Assembly (NCBI GenBank): GCA_039024555.1
Contig: JBCCQQ010000044.1
Coordinates: 1-55,655 of the forward strand
DNA: 55,655 nt
DNA from: Cyanobacteria bacterium P01_D01_bin.156
Lineage (GTDB): Bacteria; Cyanobacteriota; Cyanobacteriia; Phormidesmidales; Phormidesmidaceae
Direction: 5' to 3'
A program made the position numbers and the translations under genes. The first letter of the stretch is position 1. Each line of letters starts with the position of its first letter. Below, in pieces: positions 1-9,499 of the stretch. The notes under the pieces were generated by a model. It was not told the origin of the DNA, searched no databases, and saw nothing but the letters and a program-made list of their open reading frames with translations.

Positions 1-143
1 GGACCTATGAGAAGGGCATTAAGGTACCGCCTGACGAGTTAGAACCGTACCAACAACAGTGGCAACGATCTGAGACATTACCCAAATGGGATATCAAAAT
101 TGTTCCAATCTGATGGGTATCTTATTTTTTAGCGAACCCCTTA
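1..143 (+). mobile_element. 3' end of ISAzo13-family transposase (ORF 3..113, partial) plus probable right terminal repeat
   Basis: Frame from nt 3 reads TYEKGIKVPPDELEPYQQQWQRSETLPKWDIKIVPI*, resembling the YEKGIKV...LPKWDI C-terminus of ISAzo13/Rhodopirellula-type transposases; followed by CTTATTTTTTAGCGAACCCCTTA, a likely IS end. Confidence 0.7.
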
Positions 144-197
144 GTGTTGAATGCGGAGATTAAATTAGGGGCAAGGGTTTTCCTGAACCTGTTCGCT

Positions 198-284
198 AGA
201 TGCTGATCCTTGGGATGATTTTTTCTGAAAGGGTCTGGCATAGACGAGTGTTGTCACATCGGTCCATCTCATAAATCAGTAACG
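198..284 (-). repeat. 87-bp dispersed hairpin element, copy 1 (inverted)
   Basis: Reverse complement CGTTACTGATTTATGAGATGGACCGATGTG...ATCATCCCAAGGATCAGCATCT matches the copies at 17631, 18569, 37328 and 37946. Confidence 0.75.
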
Positions 285-317
285 ACACCCAATCGTCCTT
301 GAGGGTGAAAATGGCAG

Positions 318-2543
318 CTAGCTATCAGCTGTATTAAAGAGTTCTAACAGCTGTGCTTCAGTCAGCTGAGGAGTATTGTATTTCTCTGCTTTTTTTAGCT
401 TGCTGCCTGGATTTTTACCCACCACAATGTAATCAGTCTTACCACTGGGCATTTTGTTAATGCGTCCCCCAGCATTGGTAATTTGCTGGGTGACTTGCTC
501 ATAGGTCAGAGTCTTGAGATTGCCGGTGATTACAAAACTCTTTCCAGTGATGCCGGTAACGGCTAGTTCTGGAGTATCGTTCGTGGGTGATGTTGCTACA
601 GCGGGTATATCAGCAGGGGGAGTCGATGGAGAAGCTGCTTGATTTTGCAGTGTGGTAATTACATTCTGGCTGATATTTAGAGCTTCCTTTAAAGCTGCCT
701 GATCTTGCCGTGCTGTTTTGAGCTGTGCTGCTTGACCATTAATAGTTTCTTGGGCGGACTGGAGTTGCTGGGCAAGCTGCATGTTCGTTGCCATGAGCTC
801 ATCGACCTGCGCCTGGGGTGCTTGTGGTATCTGTTGTTGCTGCACTAATTGACTCTTCAGGGTGGCTATTTCCTTTCTTGCAGCCTCTTGAGCGGTCGCC
901 ACAGTCTGCTGGGTTTTAGCTAATTCTGTTTCTAGGGTAGTAAGCTGTGTTTGAGCCTGGGCGAGCTGAGTTTGTTTTGTTGCTATCTCACCGCTTAGGT
1001 GGGTGCACTGCTGCTGTAGCTTATCTGCACGGGCCTGTTCTTGCTGGATGGCTTGCTGGCTATCTGCCTGGAGAGTTTGGGCCAGAGTCTCTTGCTTTTC
1101 CAACTGTTTTCTAAGCTGAGCAACGGTAGCTTCTGACTCAGAAGCAGAGGTTTGAAACGTGCTCTGAGCTTGTTCTAATGCTTGCCTGAGTTCAGCAATT
1201 ACCGTTTCTGAGTCGGCAATACTTATCTGGGCTGTGTGCTGTGTCTCTTCTAGCTGCTGTTGGAGTTGGGCAATGGTTGCATTGGCTGCAGAGGCTTCTT
1301 TCTGAGCCGTATTTTGTGTCTGAAATAGCTGTTGCTGTAGCTGGGCAATAGCTGTTTCTGTTTCTGACGCATCAGTTTGGGCAAGCATTTGCGCCTGCTC
1401 TAGCTGCTGCTGAAGTTGGGCGATCATCGCTTCTGACTCAGAGGCCCTTGCTTGGGCCATACGCTGTGTTTGTTTTAACTCTTGCTGCAGCTGGTCAATC
1501 GTATTTGCCCCTGCCATTACTTCTGCCTGAGTCGCTTGCCGTTGTTCGTCTAACTGTTGCTGCAGCTGGGTGATGGTGGTTTTAGCTTCGGTAACCTCTG
1601 CTTGGGCAGTCTGTTGTGTTTGATCGAGTTGGTGTTGAAGTTGCTTGATGGTGGCGGCGCTATCTGATGTGGCCGTCTGGGCCGAAAGTTGCACTGTTTC
1701 TAGCTGCTGCTGAAGCTGTGTGACGGTAGCTTTAGAGGCAGCTACCGTAGCTTGAGTTTTTTCTAGCTGTTGTTGGAGCTGGGCGACCTCTGCTTCAGAT
1801 CTATCAGATCTAGAGATTTGAGTCTGTGCATGGGTTGTTGTCTCGTCTAACTGTTGCTGCAGCTGAGCAATAGCGGTCTGAGCCTGCTTACTCTCGGTTT
1901 TAGCTGTCTCTAAGGATTGTTCTAGCTGCTGTTTGACCTTTTCTAGAGTTTGAACGGTTTGGGCTAAATCGCTTTTTTCAGTTGTTGCGGTCTGTAGCTG
2001 TTGCTGAATAGAAACATTTTGATTGCGAAGCTGCTCCAGTTTTAGATCGAACTGGGTCTGACGAGTGTGCATCGTTTGTTGCAATTTTCCCAGTTGTTGC
2101 TCGGCTATGGTCAAACCCGTTAGCTGCTTTTGTGCTGATTGGAGGGAGCTATCTAGTGCTTGGGTGCGAGTGCGTTCCTGTTCTAAGCTCTGTTCTAGGG
2201 TTTGTTTCTCCTGGGTCAATCCGGCAATTTGAGCGGTTAGTTGACTAGCCTGCTGTTTAGCGGTATTGGCAATGCGATCGCATTCAGTTTTTAAGTCACT
2301 TACCTGCTGCTCTAGACCCATGACCGCATCTTTTGCCAGGGCCATTGCCTCAGTCAGTGTTTGATTTTGCGTTTTCGCTTGGGTTACCTGACCGGTCAAC
2401 TTAGCGTTAGCCGATTCCAGGTTTGATAGCTCAACCGCCTGCTGGGCCTTTTGTTTGCCTTGGCGGCTTCCCATGACCACACCGACCAAAGCAGCTGCGC
2501 CTACAGCTGTGCCTGCCAACTCTGAAATCAGGGTGTAGTCCAT
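318..2543 (-). CDS. Long coiled-coil protein with N-terminal hydrophobic helix and C-terminal BRCT domain
   Basis: 741 aa; N-terminal AGTAVGAAALVGVVMG; Q/E/A-rich heptads with ~25-aa repeats (SEATIAQLQQQLEQTQ); C-terminal GKSFVITG...GG...KTDYIVVGKNPGSKLKKA like the LigA/RFC BRCT domain. Confidence 0.8.
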   Translation of the reverse strand: MDYTLISELAGTAVGAAALVGVVMGSRQGKQKAQQAVELSNLESANAKLTGQVTQAKTQNQTLTEAMALAKDAVMGLEQQVSDLKTECDRIANTAKQQASQLTAQIAGLTQEKQTLEQSLEQERTRTQALDSSLQSAQKQLTGLTIAEQQLGKLQQTMHTRQTQFDLKLEQLRNQNVSIQQQLQTATTEKSDLAQTVQTLEKVKQQLEQSLETAKTESKQAQTAIAQLQQQLDETTTHAQTQISRSDRSEAEVAQLQQQLEKTQATVAASKATVTQLQQQLETVQLSAQTATSDSAATIKQLQHQLDQTQQTAQAEVTEAKTTITQLQQQLDEQRQATQAEVMAGANTIDQLQQELKQTQRMAQARASESEAMIAQLQQQLEQAQMLAQTDASETETAIAQLQQQLFQTQNTAQKEASAANATIAQLQQQLEETQHTAQISIADSETVIAELRQALEQAQSTFQTSASESEATVAQLRKQLEKQETLAQTLQADSQQAIQQEQARADKLQQQCTHLSGEIATKQTQLAQAQTQLTTLETELAKTQQTVATAQEAARKEIATLKSQLVQQQQIPQAPQAQVDELMATNMQLAQQLQSAQETINGQAAQLKTARQDQAALKEALNISQNVITTLQNQAASPSTPPADIPAVATSPTNDTPELAVTGITGKSFVITGNLKTLTYEQVTQQITNAGGRINKMPSGKTDYIVVGKNPGSKLKKAEKYNTPQLTEAQLLELFNTADS

Positions 2544-2739
2544 GGTCCGCTATTTTTTGACTCACATCGATCGGTAGTTTCCCATATTAGATAGCAATGG
2601 TCAGAATTACCGCTGTTGGTCAGAATGTTTTAGGCATTCCTTCGACGAATAGAGCAGCAGATTGCTTAAATTTCCTGGGATTCTATCCGCAGTGTACAAA
2701 GCACCAGGCACAATGGACTTAGTCCAAATTCGTCCAACC

Positions 2740-3438
2740 ATGACTTCTCCACCATCCGCTGGCTCCAACTGGCTGCTGACCCTTTACAGGTCTTCCATTG
2801 GAAAGAAATTTATCACTGGCATCAGCGGTTTGGCCTTAGTCACCTTTGTCATCATCCATATGGTAGGCAACCTGATTTTGCTGGTTAGCCCCGATGGCTA
2901 TAACCAATATGGCTACGTTTTAGAACAGCTAGGACCAGGGCTATGGTTGATTGAGCTAATATTGCTGGGGTTTGTTGTGCTGCACATGGCCATAGGAATA
3001 CAAATTTTTCTAGGTCGCTTGCGGGCTCGTCCCACAGCATATGCTGCCTACTCTTCTGCTGGAAAGCCTAGCTATCAGACCCTGAGTTCTAGAACGATGA
3101 TTGTTACGGGGGGCATTCTTGGAACTTTTCTGATTTGGCACCTGCTCACCTTTAAGTTTGGAATTCGCTACACCGTTCCTGGTACAGAGGTGCGTGATCT
3201 GGCGCGACTCATCTTGGAAAAATTCCATCAGCCTTTTTATGTATTTACCTATGCTGGAGTCATGGTGCTATTGGCCAGTCACCTGCGCCATGGAATTTGG
3301 AGTGCATTGCAATCCCTCGGAGCTTTGAATGCGAATATTCGCCCCGCTGTCTATGCAACCAGCATTATTCTTGCCATTGGTATTGCTTTAGGATTTGTTG
3401 TATTGCCCCTGGGGATCTATTTTGGCTTTGTGACATAA
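2740..3438 (+). CDS. sdhC: Succinate dehydrogenase cytochrome b (b558-type) subunit; start may be 2713
   Basis: SSIGKKFITGISG, HMVGNL, HLRHGIWSALQSLG; five hydrophobic helices with His ligands; directly upstream of sdhA. Confidence 0.9.
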   Translation: MTSPPSAGSNWLLTLYRSSIGKKFITGISGLALVTFVIIHMVGNLILLVSPDGYNQYGYVLEQLGPGLWLIELILLGFVVLHMAIGIQIFLGRLRARPTAYAAYSSAGKPSYQTLSSRTMIVTGGILGTFLIWHLLTFKFGIRYTVPGTEVRDLARLILEKFHQPFYVFTYAGVMVLLASHLRHGIWSALQSLGALNANIRPAVYATSIILAIGIALGFVVLPLGIYFGFVT

Positions 3439-3492
3439 CAACTCAGCAAGGCGTATCAACCAACCTGAACAGATATAGCATTACACCTGAAC

Positions 3493-5400
3493 ATGCCCTT
3501 AGATCCTCGCATTCCCCACGGTGCCCTTAAAGACAAATGGAACAACTTTAAAGACCACTGTAAACTGGTTAGCCCCAGCAATAAACATCAGCGCACGGTA
3601 ATTGTTGTCGGTACGGGCTTGGCCGGTGCTTCAGCCGCGGCTACTTTAGCCGAACTAGGCTATCGGGTAAAAAGTTTTTGCATTCAAGACTCTCCCCGGC
3701 GTGCCCACAGCATTGCCGCCCAGGGAGGAATCAATGCCACAAAAAACTATCCCAACGATGGTGATAGCATCTGGCGACTGTTCTACGACACCATTAAAGG
3801 AGGAGACTATCGCTCCCGCGAGGCCAATGTGTACCGGTTAGCCCAAATTAGTAACCACATTATTGACCACTGTGTGGCTCAGGGGGTGCCGTTTGCTCGG
3901 GACTATGGGGGACTTTTGGCCAATCGTTCCTTTGGCGGCGCTCAGGTATCGCGAACATTTTACGCCCGCGGACAAACAGGCCAGCAACTGTTGCTGGGGG
4001 CCTACAGCGCCATGATGAAAATGGCCGACCAGATTGAAATTTTTACCCGACGAGAAATGTTGGATCTGGTGGTGATTGACGGCCATGCTCGGGGCATTAT
4101 CACCCGCCATTTGCACACTGGCAAACTGGAAAGACATGCGGCAGATGCAGTCTTACTGTGTAGCGGTGGCTATGGCAATGTGTTTTACCTATCCACCAAT
4201 GGTCGCAATTCTAATGTGACGGCGGCATGGCGCTGTTATAAGCGGGGAGCCTATTTTGCCAACCCTTGCTATACCCAAATTCATCCCACCTGTATTCCTG
4301 TTTCGGGAGACTACCAGTCTAAGCTGACGCTGATGAGTGAGAGTTTACGTAACGATGGCCGGGTGTGGGTTCCAAAAGCTGCTGACGACCATCGCTCTCC
4401 AAAAGATATTCCAGAGACCGAGAGAGATTATTACTTAGAAAAACGCTATCCTGCCTTTGGTAATTTAGTGCCTCGGGATGTGGCATCTCGTAATGCTAAA
4501 CGCATTACGGATGAAGGCAGGGGCGTAGGTTCCACGGGTCTAGCGGTGTATCTGGACTTTCAGGATGCCATCCAAGAGCAGGGGAGAGATGCGATCGCAA
4601 CCCGCTATGGCAACCTATTCCAAATGTATCAGCGGATTACGGATGAAAATCCCTACGAGGTTCCCATGCGCATTTATCCTGCAGTCCATTACACCATGGG
4701 TGGACTGTGGGTGGACTACCATTTGATGAGTTCCATTCCAGGACTCTTTGTTCTGGGTGAGGCGAACTTTTCAGACCATGGGGCTAACCGTTTGGGGGCC
4801 AGTGCCCTGATGCAGGGGTTGGCGGATGGTTATTTTGTTATTCCCTATACCCTGGGGGATTATTTAGCCCGCAACCCGTTACCCAAAGTAGATACAGAGC
4901 ATGATGCCTTTGCAGAAGCGGAGGCATCGGTGACGACTAAGACTCAAAAGCTGCTGAGTATCCAAGGAGAGAAAACCGTCATGGAGTTCCACCGCGAGCT
5001 GGGGCAGCTTGTGTGGGACCACGTGGGCATGAGTCGAGATCGCAGCAGCCTCAAAGCTGTCATTGACCAAATTCAAACACTGCGGGCAGAGTTCTGGCAA
5101 AATCTGAGGCTCACTGGCACAGCCAACAACCTCAATAAAAACCTAGAATATGCGGGTCGTCTAGCAGACTTTCTAGAGCTTGGAGAGCTGATGGCTCGCG
5201 ATGCGCTTAATCGCGAGGAGTCCTGTGGCTGCCATTTCCGAGAAGAGTATCAGACTAGTGATGGGGAAGCCCAACGTAATGATGAAGACTATGCCTATGT
5301 AGCGGCCTGGGCTTATACAGGAGACGAACAGCCCCCAACGGTGCATAAAGAGCAGCTTGTTTTTGATAATGTTGAATTAACTCAACGTAGTTACAAATAG
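3493..5400 (+). CDS. sdhA: Succinate dehydrogenase/fumarate reductase flavoprotein subunit
   Basis: GTGLAG FAD motif, [45 protein letters not shown]. Confidence 0.95.
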   Translation: MPLDPRIPHGALKDKWNNFKDHCKLVSPSNKHQRTVIVVGTGLAGASAAATLAELGYRVKSFCIQDSPRRAHSIAAQGGINATKNYPNDGDSIWRLFYDTIKGGDYRSREANVYRLAQISNHIIDHCVAQGVPFARDYGGLLANRSFGGAQVSRTFYARGQTGQQLLLGAYSAMMKMADQIEIFTRREMLDLVVIDGHARGIITRHLHTGKLERHAADAVLLCSGGYGNVFYLSTNGRNSNVTAAWRCYKRGAYFANPCYTQIHPTCIPVSGDYQSKLTLMSESLRNDGRVWVPKAADDHRSPKDIPETERDYYLEKRYPAFGNLVPRDVASRNAKRITDEGRGVGSTGLAVYLDFQDAIQEQGRDAIATRYGNLFQMYQRITDENPYEVPMRIYPAVHYTMGGLWVDYHLMSSIPGLFVLGEANFSDHGANRLGASALMQGLADGYFVIPYTLGDYLARNPLPKVDTEHDAFAEAEASVTTKTQKLLSIQGEKTVMEFHRELGQLVWDHVGMSRDRSSLKAVIDQIQTLRAEFWQNLRLTGTANNLNKNLEYAGRLADFLELGELMARDALNREESCGCHFREEYQTSDGEAQRNDEDYAYVAAWAYTGDEQPPTVHKEQLVFDNVELTQRSYK

Positions 5401-5405
5401 GCTCC

Positions 5406-6302
5406 ATGGGGTTACTTCTCATTTGTCTAGCGGCCATTACATGGGGCACCACAGGGACAACATCTGCCCTGATTGCTCAACAGGTTACCGTTTCTCCACT
5501 GATTGTTGGTCTCTGGCGCATACTTTTCTCCTTGCCGATCTTTTGGTTATGGCATAGCTATAATTCTCGTCGCCCAGGCCAGAGTGTTATTAATCTTTTG
5601 TTGCCAAAGGGAAATCGTTTAGTATTGCTGGCCATGGGGCTGTGCATGGCTGGATATCAGGTGTTTTACTTTGCGGCTGTTCCCTATGCTGGTGTAGCGA
5701 TGACGGCCCTAGTGGCCATCTGTTCCTCACCTATTATTATTGCCGTGCTTGCGGTGGCTTTTCTGGGGGAGGCGTTAACTCGCAATCTGGCCATTGCCCT
5801 GGGTCTGGGTGTGACCGGCACCATTTTGCTCATTGCTCAACCGGAAGCACTGCAGGTTCAGGGGGGACAATTTTTACTGGGGATTGCCTTGGCCTTTGGG
5901 GCCGCGTTTTCCTATGCAGGGTACGCTATTTTGGCAAAGTCAATCGTGGGTCGGATGGAGGCTATTGCGATCGCAACCTATAGTTTCACGATTGCGGCCC
6001 TAATGCTGAGCCCCACTCTTGCGCTACATCCCAGCTTTGATATTTGGCTACAAGCACTGCCGTTTTTGCTTTACCTTGGTATTATTACGACTGGTTTAGG
6101 CTACGGCATCTACATGTTAGGCATTCGCTCCACACCGGCCACTATCGCCGGTATTGGTGTTTTGCTAGAGCCCCTGACTGCTTCATTGCTCGGTATTTTT
6201 GTCTTTCGAGAAACCCTTGGTTGGTCTGGCCTCGGTGGAGCTGTTCTGTTAATGATTGGCCTTCTGTATACCCAGAAAAAAAGCAGGCATTCTGTTGAGT
6301 GA
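5406..6302 (+). CDS. DMT/EamA family transporter
   Basis: 298 aa, about 10 TM helices in two EamA repeats (WGTTG, LLEPLTA). Confidence 0.85.
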   Translation: MGLLLICLAAITWGTTGTTSALIAQQVTVSPLIVGLWRILFSLPIFWLWHSYNSRRPGQSVINLLLPKGNRLVLLAMGLCMAGYQVFYFAAVPYAGVAMTALVAICSSPIIIAVLAVAFLGEALTRNLAIALGLGVTGTILLIAQPEALQVQGGQFLLGIALAFGAAFSYAGYAILAKSIVGRMEAIAIATYSFTIAALMLSPTLALHPSFDIWLQALPFLLYLGIITTGLGYGIYMLGIRSTPATIAGIGVLLEPLTASLLGIFVFRETLGWSGLGGAVLLMIGLLYTQKKSRHSVE

Positions 6303-6349
6303 CAGAATGCCTTAGTAAGACATGTAATCATGGTTTTCTCTCACCAGAA

Positions 6350-7018
6350 TTAGTAAACCTTGATCGATTCAATCACTATCTGAAACGGACCTGGCGTGAA
6401 GTGTGGGTTTAGCTGGCGATCATATTCGAACTTACTCAACATAATTTGCAGTGAATAAATACGTCCTGCATCGATAGGACTTCGCTGCACTACCCGAGCC
6501 CGTTGTACTGCCTTCATGTCAGCAAAAGGAATGCGCACCGTTACCCAGCCACCTTCTGCTGTATCAAAAGAATAGGCATAGGCAACAGTATCCCAACCGG
6601 CACCATCGCGCAAAAAGAATTTATAGCGTTGTCCATCGCCCTTTACCCGCAGCTCGATACCGCTGTAGGCACTCAAATCTAAGGGTGGTTCAAAATTACG
6701 GGTACGTACGGAAGCAAACCCACCAGAATTAGCGGTGGAGACATAGCCGGTAAAGGCTAGCCCTTCTAGCCCAAGCTGGGTGCCGCTCTGGCTTACACCC
6801 CCCATGACTACATCGTCTAGGGCACCCCACAGATCCCGCATTTGCTCCGTTGGTTGGCGGAAGTCAAAAACGATATTGGCCTGTAGCTGGGGGGCAGGAG
6901 GGGGCGGTGAACCAAAAAACATATTCTGCAGTGAGCTAACAATGGGGATGGCATTAAAGTAGTTGAGGGTGTCAAAAAAGCGACCGAAATCCCACGATTG
7001 ACGGGTTTGCTCTGGCAT
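6350..7018 (-). CDS. CIA30 family protein
   Basis: WGALDDVVMGGVSQS, NSGGFASVR, LRVKGDGQRYK, LSKFEYD. Confidence 0.9.
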   Translation of the reverse strand: MPEQTRQSWDFGRFFDTLNYFNAIPIVSSLQNMFFGSPPPPAPQLQANIVFDFRQPTEQMRDLWGALDDVVMGGVSQSGTQLGLEGLAFTGYVSTANSGGFASVRTRNFEPPLDLSAYSGIELRVKGDGQRYKFFLRDGAGWDTVAYAYSFDTAEGGWVTVRIPFADMKAVQRARVVQRSPIDAGRIYSLQIMLSKFEYDRQLNPHFTPGPFQIVIESIKVY

Positions 7019-7135
7019 GGCCTCAACCTAAGTGGATGGACAGTAAACGGCTGGGAATGCTCAACCTCACAATGCCTGATTCAGACATTTAAGATAGGGC
7101 ACAGCAGTTTATTTATTGTAAAGCAGCTAGATAGC

Positions 7136-7224
7136 ATCTAACAGCAGGCCCAGCCTAGACAACCTTGGCAGAGATTTTGCATCGATATTTGACTATACAG
7201 GCTGGCTCCAGCAACAGGTTTACT
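7136..7224 (-). other. Degenerate attC-like site
   Basis: Minus strand AGTAAAC-5nt-GCTGGAGC...GCTGGGC-5nt-GTTAGAT, same box spacing as 10789-10873; central part (TTTTGCATCGATATTTGACTATA) resembles the other two attC sites. Confidence 0.45.
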
Positions 7225-7369
7225 CCCCGTCGCTAATCGAGAAGAGTTCTACTGATCTAGCTCATGATCATTTCATTCTATAAATCAGTCGTCTCAATCT
7301 ATCCATTAGCCATCCTGGGCATCCTAAACCTAACCCAATGTCCTTTGTCATCAGGCTATAACATCGTTA

Positions 7370-7612
7370 ATGATTCTCTTTCTGTTTCTCTTTCTGAGTC
7401 TTTGGTGTGCCCTTGTGAGTACGGGGGCTTTAAAGTTAATGGTCCGAGATATTCAGGTCGGTTTTATCCGCAGTAAACACGGCTACCGTCTCTATCGAGC
7501 CCAGGCACCCAGGAGATTTTGGCTTGGAACTATGGTGGGTATTGTGGGTGTTATCTTTTTCTATGGATTATCTGCGTTATTAATGGTCCAAGCGTTTTCT
7601 ATAGGCTCATAG
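7370..7612 (+). CDS. Small membrane protein, hypothetical
   Basis: 80 aa with two hydrophobic helices flanking YRAQAPRRFW. Confidence 0.5.
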   Translation: MILFLFLFLSLWCALVSTGALKLMVRDIQVGFIRSKHGYRLYRAQAPRRFWLGTMVGIVGVIFFYGLSALLMVQAFSIGS

Positions 7613-7840
7613 GTCCTAAACTACTTGTGTAGATTTTGGCTTAGCGATCGCACCGCCCACCGCTAAACTTTTGCGCTCACGTTGACCACGGCAAGCTAAA
7701 GCCCGTACTGGAGTCGAAACCCCTGCTAATTAAAGGTTTGCTACTAAAACGATCTTTTTCCTAGGGGATTCTGGAAACATACCAACATCCTTTGAAGTAC
7801 TCCACATCACAGTTATTCAGTCTTTTTCAGGAGTCCGGTT

Positions 7841-8371
7841 ATGCGATCCATTCTTAGCGGTCTAGGTTTAATGGGTGTATTGCTAGGATTGGCGATGCCC
7901 GTATCAGCTGAGGTGCTGTTACAGGCGGGTGCCACGGAAGCTAAATTAGTGACTTCTGAGGCGCATCGTTCTTTTCGGCATCGGCTAACGGCGGAAGCTG
8001 GGCAAACGGTGGCGATTAAGCTGAAGTTAGCGAATAATAATCCAGGTATTGTTAGCCAGGTGGCAGTTTATGCAGAAGGTAAAGCTACACCGTTGGCTGT
8101 GAACAACCAGATAAACTATCGCACGATTGATGCTAATCAAAAGTCTCAAATTAGCCATCTAATTGTGCTGACATTGCCTGCGGATCGGGGTAGTGGTCGG
8201 GTGACCTACGAGATCGAGCCGCTATTTGATTATGATAATTCTCCTCAGTTTACTGTGGACTCAGTAGCGGAATCTACAGTTGACTATATGCCTTCTACAG
8301 TGCGCTATCAGATGACTGTGGAAACGGCAACAGTTTCTCAACAGTTGTTGTTGGAGGCTCAGGTAAATTAG
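7841..8371 (+). CDS. Secreted hypothetical protein
   Basis: AGGAG RBS; signal peptide ending AMPVSA; beta-rich body. Confidence 0.6.
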   Translation: MRSILSGLGLMGVLLGLAMPVSAEVLLQAGATEAKLVTSEAHRSFRHRLTAEAGQTVAIKLKLANNNPGIVSQVAVYAEGKATPLAVNNQINYRTIDANQKSQISHLIVLTLPADRGSGRVTYEIEPLFDYDNSPQFTVDSVAESTVDYMPSTVRYQMTVETATVSQQLLLEAQVN

Positions 8372-8529
8372 TGGCATAAAGAGGGTATTTCTCATGTGGT
8401 GAATGCTTCTCTCACATGAGTGTTGATTGGGATTTGTTGCACTGTAATTTACCCATTCACGCATCAACGGTGTGATGAAACATTTTTGAAACTTGAAATA
8501 TCTCGATGAGGTTGATATTTTCCCGTATG

Positions 8530-8611
8530 CGTTAATGGGGAGCTGGGCGGCGGTCAATATTTCTGCATCAAGTCGGACTGTAATCCCGTCCGCTCCTGCG
8601 TAGAGTTAGAC
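8530..8611 (-). other. attC site of the ATPase/DUF4435 cassette (R' core mutated)
   Basis: GTCTAAC-tctac-GCAGGAGC-GGAC...GCCCAGC-tcccc-ATTAACG; the gene stop TAA lies inside R''; close paralog of 10789-10873. Confidence 0.75.
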
Positions 8612-9499
8612 GGCAGTATCAGGGGGATTTCCCGTGCCCACATCAGGACTACGATGGTCTTCGAAGACGACAGAATCAATACTTACCTTATAGTAATCAT
8701 AGTGTGGATGTGTAGGGTCAAACATACTTTCAAAAGCGAGAAACAAGCTGTTAAAAAACATTTCCTTCGAAATTGATACGCTAGTTCTCAATTCTTCCGT
8801 TTTTACTTTTATCAGACGAAAAGCAGCTGACATCAGGAAATGTCCGAGAATCACATCCAAGATCTTTAGTCCCTGTAATCCCAAATTAGTGTAGATTTTT
8901 GCCTGCTGTTCTTTGCTAATTTCTATTGGTAAGTTGTCAAGATAGCTGTTAATTTTTTGTTCGCATAGCTCACATGAGTTTTTAGATTTCATAAATCGAT
9001 CACTATTACTAGGGATAACCGCATGCCCTAGTTTCTCTTCATCATTAATAATGGCGTATAAAATCAGAGGAGATACTTTCTTCTCTAGTTCATAAAGCCA
9101 TTCCTGCGATAGATTTTCTGGGATGTCACGGTCTTGAACTCTACAAACCGTACGTAATAATTTGTTTATAACTGAGTTAGTAATTATAGTATTCTCGATG
9201 GAGTAGCCAAAGGTCGAAATTATATTTGTATGATGATATTGTCGGGATATGAGTTTATCAAAATCTGAGTCTATAGCTATAAGATAATTTGCCTGCCCAG
9301 AAATTACTTCGTCAATATACTTCTTGATTTCTTCCTTACCGCCAACCTCTTCAATTCTGACGGAAAAACGACTTAGCTTTTGGAAGACAAACTCCCAAAA
9401 TAGAATATCGTCATCACCTTCAACATAGAGCATTTTTTCAACTCTATGGAATAGATTGAGAACATTTCTAGCTTCACCAGAGTATATAAGATTAGACAT
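8606..9499 (-). CDS. DUF4435/TOPRIM nuclease, AriB-like (PARIS-like system)
   Basis: Start MSNLIYSGEARNVL overlaps the ATPase stop by 8 nt; TOPRIM motifs YVEGDDD, IAIDSDFD, GYSIEN. Confidence 0.8.
   Translation of the reverse strand: MSNLIYSGEARNVLNLFHRVEKMLYVEGDDDILFWEFVFQKLSRFSVRIEEVGGKEEIKKYIDEVISGQANYLIAIDSDFDKLISRQYHHTNIISTFGYSIENTIITNSVINKLLRTVCRVQDRDIPENLSQEWLYELEKKVSPLILYAIINDEEKLGHAVIPSNSDRFMKSKNSCELCEQKINSYLDNLPIEISKEQQAKIYTNLGLQGLKILDVILGHFLMSAAFRLIKVKTEELRTSVSISKEMFFNSLFLAFESMFDPTHPHYDYYKVSIDSVVFEDHRSPDVGTGNPPDTAV

Noticed and set aside
3010..5452. Short antisense or overlapping ORFs within sdhCA (and similar ones throughout the ORF track)
   Set aside because: Shadow ORFs of well-supported genes, with no recognisable motifs
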